DNA of 11,280 nucleotides from Limisphaerales bacterium (GCA_965657355.1 CBFHOE010000020.1:1-11280); one strand, 5' to 3'; positions 1 through 8,322 are shown, counted from the stretch's first letter. A program made the numbers and translations. The notes: generated by a model not told the origin, from the sequence alone.

Positions 1-174
1 ATAAATATAAGAATAGCCGCTCATCAAATGATGATTGACTGGTACCATGATTATCTCGAAAGAAAAGGTCCATATATATATGTAGACGAAAGAATACAGG
101 AGCTATATGGAAAGCAAGCTGAATACTTGATTGCTAGAGATATTCATATAGAGACCAAAACTAAATCCCTATAG
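1..174 (+). CDS. 3' end of an upstream hypothetical gene (partial, runs off the window start)
   Basis: Frame 1 is open from base 1 to TAG at 172-174 (INIRIAAHQMMIDWYHDYLERKGPYIYVDERIQELYGKQAEYLIARDIHIETKTKSL*). AT-rich codons (ATA, AGA). A hairpin TAAATCCC-tatag-GGGATTTA (162-182) overlaps the stop. Not in the ORF track. Confidence 0.55.
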   Translation: MNIRIAAHQMMIDWYHDYLERKGPYIYVDERIQELYGKQAEYLIARDIHIETKTKSL

Positions 175-335
175 GGGATTTAAAAATTTAAAATTAAAAA
201 ATTTAGATTTAGGGTTTTTAAGATAAGCGACAAAATATTAGCTACTGGATATATAAAAGTAAGATAGTAGTTAAAATATGAGCTTTTCCTATAGTTGGGA
301 TAGAAAGATATAGATTATATTTAGGGGTATTTATA

Positions 336-374
336 TTAATGGTGTTCTTGCACTCTTTGAGTTGCGAGCCCACC
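336..374 (+). promoter_or_regulatory. TTAATGG motif plus 5' hairpin; putative element-specific transcription start, copy 1
   Basis: TTAATGG at 336-342 runs directly into the stem GGTG..CTTGCA-CTC-ttt-GAG-t-TGCGAG..CACC (341-374). The same arrangement occurs upstream of the next two genes. Confidence 0.4.
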
Positions 375-439
375 CCCCTAACAATCTAGGGTGCTAATAT
401 AGATCACCATCCACCCCCTAAACATAAGGATTTTTACTT

Positions 440-643
440 ATGAAACTCAAGCAAGTTGATACTAACCTTGGTGAATTCACCATCTCCATCCACGACAAGG
501 TGCGAACTGGCACGGTTGTGGTCTCAAAGTTTTACACACACGAGTACGCACCTGCGTACAAAGAATTCTTGTTCTTCGATATTATGACTGGCGAGTTCTT
601 CGCGAAGTACGGGGTGCAGGCGGCTTGGATCCGCCTGCCCTAA
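440..643 (+). CDS. Small hypothetical protein (67 aa)
   Basis: AAGGA Shine-Dalgarno 9 nt before the ATG; codon usage like the downstream genes; followed directly by a terminator cassette. Confidence 0.75.
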   Translation: MKLKQVDTNLGEFTISIHDKVRTGTVVVSKFYTHEYAPAYKEFLFFDIMTGEFFAKYGVQAAWIRLP

Positions 644-655
644 AAAAGCAGTTTA

Positions 656-728
656 TCTGATCAAAAAAGTATTTATGTTTTTTGGAGCTCCCTTTCGGGA
701 GCTTTTTTAATTTGGCTCCTTTTAATGG
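656..728 (+). repeat. Intergenic direct repeat, copy A (~73 bp; partner at 1593-1665)
   Basis: TCTRATCAAAAAA(A)GTATTTATGTTTTTTGGAGCTCCCTT..GGAGCTTTTTT(T)AATTT....CCYTTTAATGG is shared nearly identically with 1593-1665. Both copies start just after a stop codon. Confidence 0.9.
686..708 (+). terminator. Rho-independent terminator
   Basis: AGCTCCC-tttc-GGGAGCT stem followed by a T-run, about 40 nt after the stop of 440..643. Confidence 0.8.
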
Positions 729-746
729 GGGATTTGCCTCCTCCAT
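722..746 (+). promoter_or_regulatory. TTAATGG motif plus 5' hairpin, copy 2
   Basis: TTAATGG 722-728; stem ATGGGGGA-tttgcc-TCCTCCAT (725-746, one G.U pair). Confidence 0.4.
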
Positions 747-804
747 CACATACGGTGAAAAATAACATGGCTAATCACACGCACATTGTCGAAGGGACAT
801 TACT

Positions 805-1590
805 ATGCGTAACCTTATTCTTGCCTTTGTTGGCTTTCTATTTCTTGCCACAGCTACAGGCTGTGGTGTTGTCACCACTGTTGCCATTGAGACTTGTACT
901 CAGGGCTCATATAATAAGTTCGTCTGCCCTGGGATTTTGGAGGAGGCTCTTCCTAAGAGCCCTGTCAAAGCTCCTGAAGCGGCTCCTGCTAAAGAATGCA
1001 CTGCGAGCGGCTTCGTTGTCCGACGTGGACATGTAGAGCGTGTCTTGACACGCTCTAAAGGGGCCTGCACGAATGAGCGTATCCTTCTCCAAGAGCACCT
1101 GCGTAGGGTTGGACCCGGTGTAAAGTGCCACTGGAAGAATGGGAAGATTAAGTGTGCCGGGTTTAGTCCCGTTGGTGCTATTCTTTTCCTTATTACCCTT
1201 TTGACTTCCCGTCGTAAAACAAGAGAGGAGTGGTATAGCTTCGAGGCATTGGGCCACCTTGATGCCAGGAAGATGGTATGGGCGATCGAAGACGAGCTGT
1301 ATAAGGCTCGTTGGGTTGAGAGAGCGATTGAGATTGCGATCACCTTGGCGGCCTTCTCTTTTGAGGGGCTTGTCTTAGGGCTTACTTCCACCTTATTGGC
1401 GCAGAAGCGCTATGGATGGGGAAGTATTTTCGCTTTGCTCATTTCGGTTATCTTCTGGGGCTCTGCCTTGGAGTGGGGATTATTTATGGTGAAAGCAATA
1501 TTATCCTTCTTGGCAAACACTGAGGAGGGATTTCGTTTCGTCAAGTGGGCGCTCCATCAGCGATGGAAGCGCCAAGTCGCTAAACTATAA
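805..1590 (+). CDS. Hypothetical membrane protein, probable lipoprotein (261 aa)
   Basis: GAAGGG SD 8 nt upstream. Signal-peptide-like N-terminus with a lipobox-like ATGC (Cys20). Cys-rich N-terminal part, then several hydrophobic segments (VGAILFLITLLT; IAITLAAFSFEGLVLGLTSTLLA; GSIFALLISVIFWGSALEWGLFMV). Confidence 0.75.
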   Translation: MRNLILAFVGFLFLATATGCGVVTTVAIETCTQGSYNKFVCPGILEEALPKSPVKAPEAAPAKECTASGFVVRRGHVERVLTRSKGACTNERILLQEHLRRVGPGVKCHWKNGKIKCAGFSPVGAILFLITLLTSRRKTREEWYSFEALGHLDARKMVWAIEDELYKARWVERAIEIAITLAAFSFEGLVLGLTSTLLAQKRYGWGSIFALLISVIFWGSALEWGLFMVKAILSFLANTEEGFRFVKWALHQRWKRQVAKL

Positions 1591-1592
1591 CG

Positions 1593-1665
1593 TCTAATCA
1601 AAAAAAGTATTTATGTTTTTTGGAGCTCCCTTGTGGAGCTTTTTTTAATTTATTCCCTTTAATGG
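1593..1665 (+). repeat. Intergenic direct repeat, copy B
   Basis: Near-identical to 656-728. Confidence 0.9.
1624..1646 (+). terminator. Rho-independent terminator
   Basis: AGCTCC-cttgt-GGAGCT stem followed by T6, after the stop of 805..1590. Confidence 0.8.
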
Positions 1666-1686
1666 AGAGCTTTCAGCGACTCTCCA
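1659..1686 (+). promoter_or_regulatory. TTAATGG motif plus 5' hairpin, copy 3 (upstream of the polymerase gene)
   Basis: TTAATGG 1659-1665; stem TGGAGAG/CTCTCCA (1663-1686). Confidence 0.4.
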
Positions 1687-1742
1687 CCTGTCACTCTGAC
1701 AGTTTTCTAGCTGTACAACCGTAGCCTTAGAAAGGGCAAAAA

Positions 1743-4700
1743 ATGCGTACTATTCGTAATATTGTATTCTCTGCCCTCTTCTTGGGCTTCATTTCAACCA
1801 ACTGTGGGTTCAACACAACAATCGCCTACAGTCAAGACAAGAAAGGTTCTGTCATTATGCAGACCGGAAGTAAACAGTGGTTCGACCACATGAATAATCA
1901 ACAGAGCGTTCTCGAGAACCTCATTCAAAAGGCAGAGGCACAAGCGAGCGCTACTCGCAAAAGCTTCTTTAGGCTCTTAAAGGCGAAAGCCAAGGCTAAC
2001 GCACAGGCACAGGCAGAAGCCGAAGCACAAGCCAAGGCGGACAAACTTGAGGCAGACCGCATCATCTCCCTTAAAGCAGGTGAAGCGTACCTTGCTGCAA
2101 AGCAACAAGACGCCCGCACCACCTTGGTTCACATCCTCCAGGCAAAAGCACAGGCAGAAGCCGAGGCACAAGCAAAGGCTAAGGCAGAGGCTCGAAAAGA
2201 GCGTCGCGAAAAATATAAAGCAGCTAAAAATGCTAAGCAAGCAGCAGCCAAAGCGAAGAAAGCGGCAAGTGAGGCGAAGCAGCAGGCTAACTTGGCAGCA
2301 CACAGCGAGCTTGCGTCGCGCGTCCGTGCGCTTATGGTCAAGGCCGGCCTTAAGAAGCCCAAGCTTAATACCCCTGTGTTTCACCCTGAAGAGGTGAAGG
2401 CTCAAAAGGCTGCACGCAAGGCGCGTCGCCAAGCACAGGTTGAGGAAGCTGCGAACCTCGCTAAGTCTAACGAGATCAAGGATGTCGAAGTCGAGTACTT
2501 CGATGACTTCGATTTTGAGACCGAGGTCGAAGTCGGAGGTGATATTGTTGGCTTTATCAGCAAGGTCGCTGACAAGTTCAGCAAGACACCTCTTGGTCGT
2601 CTCATGAATGTATCTGTGGTTACGCCTGTCGCGGGCTCTAAGCTCCAAGACACTCAGCGTGAGAAGCGTGCTGCTGGTTCTAAGAGCTTGATGCAGGATG
2701 ACATCCATGCGCTTACCCAGAGCACTGGGTATAACGTCCTCCCATGTATCCGATTTGGCAAGACCAAGAAGGGTACACCTAACACAAGCCCTGGTGCAGA
2801 GATCCACTCAAGAGAAGAGGAGCTCAAGAGCACAGCGACTCGACTCTCCCTCAAGGGTGGCGCAGGCCGCTTCCTTGCGGCATTTAACACGACGGTGACC
2901 AAGATCCTAGGCGGCCTCAACCTCGAGATCTCAGCAGACAACGCTATCCTCTATGAGGTCGACGACATCAACAGTAAGGATCTAATGCAGAGTGTCGCAG
3001 ATATCCTGCTGGATAGCGGCTACGTTTCCATCTGTCGCGGTTTTGCTGTCAAGATTGGAACAGAGCTTGGTGATGCTTTCGTCTCGTTGATGGACGAGAT
3101 GTTCCGCGATGCTGTAGAGCAACGTGGTTACGCTCGCAGTGTAATTACAACGCCAAACCAGGCAGAGCTTGCCCATGGAATCCCCACCTTCTCAGGTGAT
3201 CTGGCGCAGTATGGTTGGATCGGAAACGATGGTGGTACAGTATTCACCAACCACCTAATGACAGCGATTCAGAACCGCGCAAGGACTATCGACCTGGGTG
3301 GAGATGACAACAAGTCTAAGGGCTTGTTCAAAGGCTTAGCTACAGCGGCCAAGCTCGTGACCAGATTCAACGACGATCGTACCTATGACGCATACAATTA
3401 TGCTTACGACACGGCGGTCGATAAAGCAGTGAAGCAGGTCATGAAGAACCTGAAGAAGTACACTGTGCTGCAGCGCATAAATGCTGCAGATAAGGCTATG
3501 TTGAAGCTCATTCCTGGTGTCGGTGACAGCACTGCAGACGCTATCATCAACGAAAGAGAGGCTCGCGGTGAGTTCGCTTCGTTTGACGATCTTGTAGATC
3601 GTGTTAGCAAGTCAACACCTAAGGTAAAGAGATTCCTTAAGGGGATTGAAGTTAAGTGCTGCTGGCTTCAATACATGTTTGAAGTTAACGGAGTAACGTA
3701 TTGCGTCTCTATGTACTTGGAGAAAGACCAGAACAAGGGTCGCAAGACAAACTTCCCAAGCAAAGGTCTCAAGCTCGAGGGGCTCCAAGGGATCGACATT
3801 TACAACTGGGCGATAAGCTTGGATGCACCGATGGACCAAGCTAAGATTAGTCTGGGTTGGCAGGTCACACAACTAGTCGATGAGCAGTTCGTGAAGGATG
3901 TGCTTGCGAAGGGTGAGGCTGGTTACAAAGAGCTGAGTAAGATCTTCGGAGATATGCTCGGCAAACAAAACAAGCTTATGGCAAACTTCAGCGAGATGCT
4001 TCAGGGTGACAAAGACAATGCCATTGCAAAGACTGCACAGCAAGCACAAGCGATGATGCAGCTCTTAGGCAAAAAGACCACTGAGCGAATCAGCAGCGGC
4101 TTCGGAGTAAAAGCTGGCTCCAAGTATGTCCAGATGATCGATCTTGGTCAAGAGGTCTTCATTGACAGACTCTCAGGGCGGAATTGGCGTAAGTTTGCGT
4201 TCTTCGGTCGTACCCCAAATCAGGGTCACGACACCATCCGCCACGCCAAAGCACTCGATATTGGCTTCGTAGCCGAGCTTCTCGACGCTTACTTCAAGGC
4301 AGACGATAAGTCTGACCTAGAGAAGGTCTTTGAGAAATTCACAGACAAGGCTAAGCAAGGCCTCTCAAAGCGCAATGAGGCCAAACTGTTCATCAACTCT
4401 GTCCATAACAAACACGGTGATGTATTTGGTGATGGGGTCCTAATGTTCTTAAGGGCTATGCTGCCCACGGTAGCTGAGGGCGCTATCATCGTAGACACTG
4501 GCTTGCAAGAGGCTGTCTGCGGTGACAATGACGGAGATCGAAACATGGTTTCCTATTCGCCATTGTTGGTCTTGATTGCGAAGAACATCCGCAGCAAGCA
4601 CCCGAAGACACTTCCTGCTAAGGAGCAGTCAAAGGCGTTTGTCATCAACGCCTTTAGTGACGCTGTAGTTGCCGAAGGTGGCTTTAAGAAGGCTTACGAC

Positions 4701-7700
4701 CTTGCAAAAGAGGGTAACCTTGACGACTTGCGCCAAGTACAACGCTTCCTGAACGCACCAGGCAACAGCCCTGGCCAGGACAATGTAGGCGGTCCAACGC
4801 TTTCAGCAGCGGCACCGCTCAACTTCCACCCCTGGGCATATGATGAGGGCAAGAAGCACTCTTACAACCCACTCAACCCCGCAGCACGGAAGTATATGGA
4901 CTTCTTGTATGCGCTTCAGCAGACAGGAATCGATCTGCAGAAGTATGAGCGCCTAACTCACAGCGTTGAGTACTGGTATGAGGGTGAGTACTCCAAGGAG
5001 GGTTGGATCCTTCCTGGTAAGTATGTTCCTGGAAAGCAGTGGGTAGTCACTAAGGGTAAAACTTGTTATGGTGCCAACCTCACCGAAGAGGAAGCAGCTA
5101 AGCTCGCAGCGAAGACAGGTGGTGAAGCAAGAGATTGTCCAAATCACTTCCCTATCTATGGTATGAGGGACGCTACCTTCACCGACTATAAAAATGCTGG
5201 CCTTGATGCTTGGGAGTCGGCTGCTGAGTATGTTCCCCTCATGGTCTGGTCTGCTTCGCGGCCAAAAGCCAAGTTACGCAACCCAATGTGGGATAACGGG
5301 GCGCTGTACAACCATGCGGCATGGACTGTATCTGCGATCAACATGGGGCTCCCTTACCTCACTTTTGAGCAGATGTCAGAATTGCAACAGTTCTTTGACT
5401 GTTCCAATAAGGTTCCAGTCGCTAATTGGGTCGGTCTAGCGGAGTGGTTCTCTGAGTTCCGCACTAATATGGGTCTCGATGCCGTTAGGCCAGAGCAAGT
5501 AGAACACTTCTGGGTGTGGCCGAGCATGGTAGGGAGCTACCAAAAGCTGTCTTATAGGAAAGACAACTCGAGCTCTCCTGGTGTTTTCTCTGCAATGCGT
5601 AGCCGTATCGCAGACATCTATGTTGATGTTTGCGAGGAGGAGAGGATCACGATCCTAGAAAACCCTACTTCGACGTTAGCTCACTGTGGCTTCGACGACA
5701 TCATCGTAAGCAATTGTGCCAATAAGAAATACATCCCGCATTACGACGGCTGGAAAGCCGAGCAGATTGTGCGCAGCATGTACTATGCTTACATCGACGT
5801 AGCAATGAGTGCCGCAGAATCAAAGTCGCAGTCTGAGAAGACTCAGATAGACCAAGCGTCCTCTGGTTCGGACATGAAGCAGTACCTTCGTGCTGCCCTT
5901 TCGACGAATGGCTTCCTCGTCACTCAGACCGACCAGCTGCAATACATGCGCGAGTGGTCTCGAACTTGGCGCCAGGCTCTCAGCGTTCGTGCTCTTGAGA
6001 GACAGGATAAGATCGACGCTCTTGGTGGCATGATGGTACTGGGGCTTAGAGCTCTAAAGTCTATGTACTCTAGACCTCAGACTGAGGTTGAAGTTGCAGT
6101 GAAGTTTGTGGCGGAGCTCTGCAAGAGTAACACCACGGCCTTTATGGTTGACGTGATGGGCAACTGGTCAGTGTTCAAGGAGTGGGCTGATGAGAACTTT
6201 GAGGGTGAGAACCCACCAATGCTCAGGGCTGTCGCGAACAAGCAAGAGATGATCAAGCTCCATAAGGCTTACAAGGAGGCACAAAAGATCTGCGCGCTCG
6301 ATAGCGTAAAGGAGTATTTCATTAGCTTGAACTCCATTGCGGACGCGGAAGAGGATCAGATCTTCATCGTTGCGTCGCAAGATTCCGACGATTTCAATGA
6401 CCGACTCTCGGAGTGGATCGTTACTGAGTACTTTGGCGCTCTTGACGAAGCATTCGAGGATGTAGATCGCGCAGAGAATCGCCAGGACTCAATAGACAGG
6501 ATCTTGGAGCTTGTTGAGAAGGCGAAGTATGGTGAGTCGATCGTACCTGATATCCAGAAGATGCTCGGTAAAGATTTGTCTGTCTACGTGCAGGCTCAAG
6601 CCAGAGATATGGCTATCCCAGTCGCTTCGGCAGATGACATCTTTGACTTCTATCGGAAGAACCGGTCTTCGATCCTTGCTGGCTTCAAGCAGTATGCTTC
6701 TCCTATTGTCCAGCTTGGGCGCTTGGTAGAGTATGCTAACAAGGCTATTGTGGTCGGTGACATCGAAGAGCAAGCCTTCATTGATGCACAATTCAAGGCG
6801 ATTGTTGAGGAGGGCATCTTCGAGGTTGCTGATGATGGTACACGCTCTGTACGTTCAGTCATAGAGTTTCCTGTGCCAGAGCGCATCAAGATTGACGTTG
6901 GCCATAATGCTTTAATGGCGGGACATAACCTCGAGTTCCTAACTCAGGTACCTCGCTTGGGAGCTACCAGACGCGCTGATGAAGACAGATGTCACATGGA
7001 TACCACTGTGGTTACCACTTGGGGCTACATTTTTGTGGACTCTGTGATGTATCAGCTTGCTCTGGATGCGCATGGGGCTTATGAGACCAAGCAGTGGCTT
7101 CGCGCTCAATTCGAGTGTGGTGTGGGACACGTCACTACCGCAGACCACCTCTTCGCAGCTTATGGTCTTTGGACCTACAAGCAGTCGCAGACCAAGACTT
7201 TTTGCGATCGTATCGAAGATCAGGAATGGGCCTTGGCTACATTGGGCTGGAACGCTGAGTACTTTAGGGCTTATCACACCAACTGCCCTGTAAGTGTCGA
7301 TGACGATCGTCAAGCAGTGATAAAAGTCCAAGAGACATTCATGACTATGTACCCGCATGCGATTGTCATCGACATGGGTTACAAGGATCTTGCTAACGTA
7401 GCGGATCCTAGCATGGATGCTAATCCTGCAAAAGCGAGTCTTCTGCACGATATGGCGCTTGTCAAAACTGTCTGGATGCCTACCTTCTATGGTGCTAAGA
7501 GCAAGTCTAACAAGCTCTTCCTTGGAGACCTTAAAGATAATAGCGCTCTGCCGACCAACCTGTACCGGCATTATGGTTTCGTCATGGCGGGCCATGCTGA
7601 CAGGCAGAGTGGTAAGGGTGCTGCCCCTAAAGAGGTTCTTGACTTTATGAAGCAGGCTTATGGTGGCACTTACGTTGGCGTGATTAAAAAGTCGTCTCGC

Positions 7701-8279
7701 TCTTCATCGTCTTACGGCAACTCGATGGACAAGTACAGCCTTGCCGCTGGTGTATATAAGAGTCAAGAGCGCCAGACTGCGGCCAAAGACACCATGTTCC
7801 ATGGTAACTTTGAGAACTGGGTTAAGAATGGCGCTTGGGAAGATGGTCACACAGGTTGCGGTGGTGACATCAGCCGTTACTTCTCGCAAGAGATTACCTG
7901 CGATAAGGGACTTGTCCTTCCTTCCCCTATTGACACGTCGATGAAGGGCTTGGACCTGCTCGAGAACCACAAGGACTCGTGGCGTAGCATGGGGTACCTC
8001 TGCTTGTTATCACCGTCTTTGATCTTCTGCCTCAACGGTATTGCAACGCAGTCCTCTAGCGAGCTAGAGGACGGAGGAGAGCAAGAAGATATGATGATTC
8101 GGATGAAGTACTCGGTAAAAAATCAGTCGGTTTCGTCTATTCGTGGGTTGTTCGGTCAGATCACCCGCACCTACGGCGTAGACACTGTGCTTGAGGGCGT
8201 CAACACACCTCCTAACCCAGTCTGGGACAAGGAGAGCATGAAGGTGATGCTCATCAAGTACAGCGGTATGAAGGCTTAA
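1743..8279 (+). CDS. Giant single-chain two-barrel RNA polymerase-like protein (YonO / QDE-1-type RdRP superfamily), 2178 aa; alternative start at 1857
   Basis: Collinear motifs: NDGG (D496, cf. RdRP sDGxG); IQNR...FKG (Q510-K530, cf. FQiR...KG); RTPNQGHDTIR (R823, cf. RdRP K/RnP.lhpGDiR and beta' RxP); catalytic GDNDGD (aa 927-932, nt 4521-4538); DNVG; QQTGIDLQK (D1064-K1067, cf. aVDfxK). SD GAAAGGG precedes 1743 and GAAAGGT precedes the in-frame ATG at 1857. Confidence 0.8.
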   Translation: MRTIRNIVFSALFLGFISTNCGFNTTIAYSQDKKGSVIMQTGSKQWFDHMNNQQSVLENLIQKAEAQASATRKSFFRLLKAKAKANAQAQAEAEAQAKADKLEADRIISLKAGEAYLAAKQQDARTTLVHILQAKAQAEAEAQAKAKAEARKERREKYKAAKNAKQAAAKAKKAASEAKQQANLAAHSELASRVRALMVKAGLKKPKLNTPVFHPEEVKAQKAARKARRQAQVEEAANLAKSNEIKDVEVEYFDDFDFETEVEVGGDIVGFISKVADKFSKTPLGRLMNVSVVTPVAGSKLQDTQREKRAAGSKSLMQDDIHALTQSTGYNVLPCIRFGKTKKGTPNTSPGAEIHSREEELKSTATRLSLKGGAGRFLAAFNTTVTKILGGLNLEISADNAILYEVDDINSKDLMQSVADILLDSGYVSICRGFAVKIGTELGDAFVSLMDEMFRDAVEQRGYARSVITTPNQAELAHGIPTFSGDLAQYGWIGNDGGTVFTNHLMTAIQNRARTIDLGGDDNKSKGLFKGLATAAKLVTRFNDDRTYDAYNYAYDTAVDKAVKQVMKNLKKYTVLQRINAADKAMLKLIPGVGDSTADAIINEREARGEFASFDDLVDRVSKSTPKVKRFLKGIEVKCCWLQYMFEVNGVTYCVSMYLEKDQNKGRKTNFPSKGLKLEGLQGIDIYNWAISLDAPMDQAKISLGWQVTQLVDEQFVKDVLAKGEAGYKELSKIFGDMLGKQNKLMANFSEMLQGDKDNAIAKTAQQAQAMMQLLGKKTTERISSGFGVKAGSKYVQMIDLGQEVFIDRLSGRNWRKFAFFGRTPNQGHDTIRHAKALDIGFVAELLDAYFKADDKSDLEKVFEKFTDKAKQGLSKRNEAKLFINSVHNKHGDVFGDGVLMFLRAMLPTVAEGAIIVDTGLQEAVCGDNDGDRNMVSYSPLLVLIAKNIRSKHPKTLPAKEQSKAFVINAFSDAVVAEGGFKKAYDLAKEGNLDDLRQVQRFLNAPGNSPGQDNVGGPTLSAAAPLNFHPWAYDEGKKHSYNPLNPAARKYMDFLYALQQTGIDLQKYERLTHSVEYWYEGEYSKEGWILPGKYVPGKQWVVTKGKTCYGANLTEEEAAKLAAKTGGEARDCPNHFPIYGMRDATFTDYKNAGLDAWESAAEYVPLMVWSASRPKAKLRNPMWDNGALYNHAAWTVSAINMGLPYLTFEQMSELQQFFDCSNKVPVANWVGLAEWFSEFRTNMGLDAVRPEQVEHFWVWPSMVGSYQKLSYRKDNSSSPGVFSAMRSRIADIYVDVCEEERITILENPTSTLAHCGFDDIIVSNCANKKYIPHYDGWKAEQIVRSMYYAYIDVAMSAAESKSQSEKTQIDQASSGSDMKQYLRAALSTNGFLVTQTDQLQYMREWSRTWRQALSVRALERQDKIDALGGMMVLGLRALKSMYSRPQTEVEVAVKFVAELCKSNTTAFMVDVMGNWSVFKEWADENFEGENPPMLRAVANKQEMIKLHKAYKEAQKICALDSVKEYFISLNSIADAEEDQIFIVASQDSDDFNDRLSEWIVTEYFGALDEAFEDVDRAENRQDSIDRILELVEKAKYGESIVPDIQKMLGKDLSVYVQAQARDMAIPVASADDIFDFYRKNRSSILAGFKQYASPIVQLGRLVEYANKAIVVGDIEEQAFIDAQFKAIVEEGIFEVADDGTRSVRSVIEFPVPERIKIDVGHNALMAGHNLEFLTQVPRLGATRRADEDRCHMDTTVVTTWGYIFVDSVMYQLALDAHGAYETKQWLRAQFECGVGHVTTADHLFAAYGLWTYKQSQTKTFCDRIEDQEWALATLGWNAEYFRAYHTNCPVSVDDDRQAVIKVQETFMTMYPHAIVIDMGYKDLANVADPSMDANPAKASLLHDMALVKTVWMPTFYGAKSKSNKLFLGDLKDNSALPTNLYRHYGFVMAGHADRQSGKGAAPKEVLDFMKQAYGGTYVGVIKKSSRSSSSYGNSMDKYSLAAGVYKSQERQTAAKDTMFHGNFENWVKNGAWEDGHTGCGGDISRYFSQEITCDKGLVLPSPIDTSMKGLDLLENHKDSWRSMGYLCLLSPSLIFCLNGIATQSSSELEDGGEQEDMMIRMKYSVKNQSVSSIRGLFGQITRTYGVDTVLEGVNTPPNPVWDKESMKVMLIKYSGMKA
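2007..2173 (+). repeat. Intragenic 26-nt direct repeat in an Ala/Gln/Lys-rich coiled-coil region
   Basis: GCACAGGCAGAAGCCGARGCACAAGC at 2007-2032 and 2148-2173 (1 mismatch), encoding AQAEAEAQA. Confidence 0.8.
3474..3605 (+). other. ComEA-like helix-hairpin-helix DNA-binding domain inserted in the polymerase (aa ~578-621)
   Basis: RINAADKAMLKLIPGVGDSTADAIINEREARGEFASFDDLVDRV matches the ComEA/HHH_3 pattern INxA..xL..LPGIG...A.xII.xR...G.F.S.dDL..V. Confidence 0.85.
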
Positions 8280-8292
8280 ATCTTCTAGCCAG

Positions 8293-8322
8293 CTGACTGA
8301 TAATATATTGTGCGTTTAAAAT
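8293..8322 (+). promoter_or_regulatory. Possible weak sigma70-type promoter
   Basis: CTGACT (8293-8298), 18-nt spacer, TAAAAT (8317-8322); followed by the hairpin GATGGT/ACCATC (8327-8345). Confidence 0.25.

Noticed and set aside
371..421. Short repeat CACCCCC(C)TAA at 371-381 and 412-421
   Set aside because: Only two short copies. One can pair with TAGGGTG (387-393) as leader structure; not enough support for a separate feature.
725..1036. 103-aa + strand ORF
   Set aside because: Overlaps 805..1590 out of frame, has no SD, and its ATG lies within the TTAATGG hairpin element.
656..1665. CRISPR array or IS terminal repeats
   Set aside because: Only two direct copies separated by a whole gene; no cas or transposase gene in the window.
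900..7970. Many minus-strand and alternate-frame ORFs (e.g. 900..1391, 1977..2807, 6939..7595)
   Set aside because: Shadow ORFs of long + strand genes with biased codon usage; no SD or recognisable motifs.
1743..8279. Assignment as cellular rpoB/rpoC or comEA
   Set aside because: Lacks the NADFDGD context and other conserved beta/beta' blocks; the HhH is only a ~45-aa insert. No gene symbol given.
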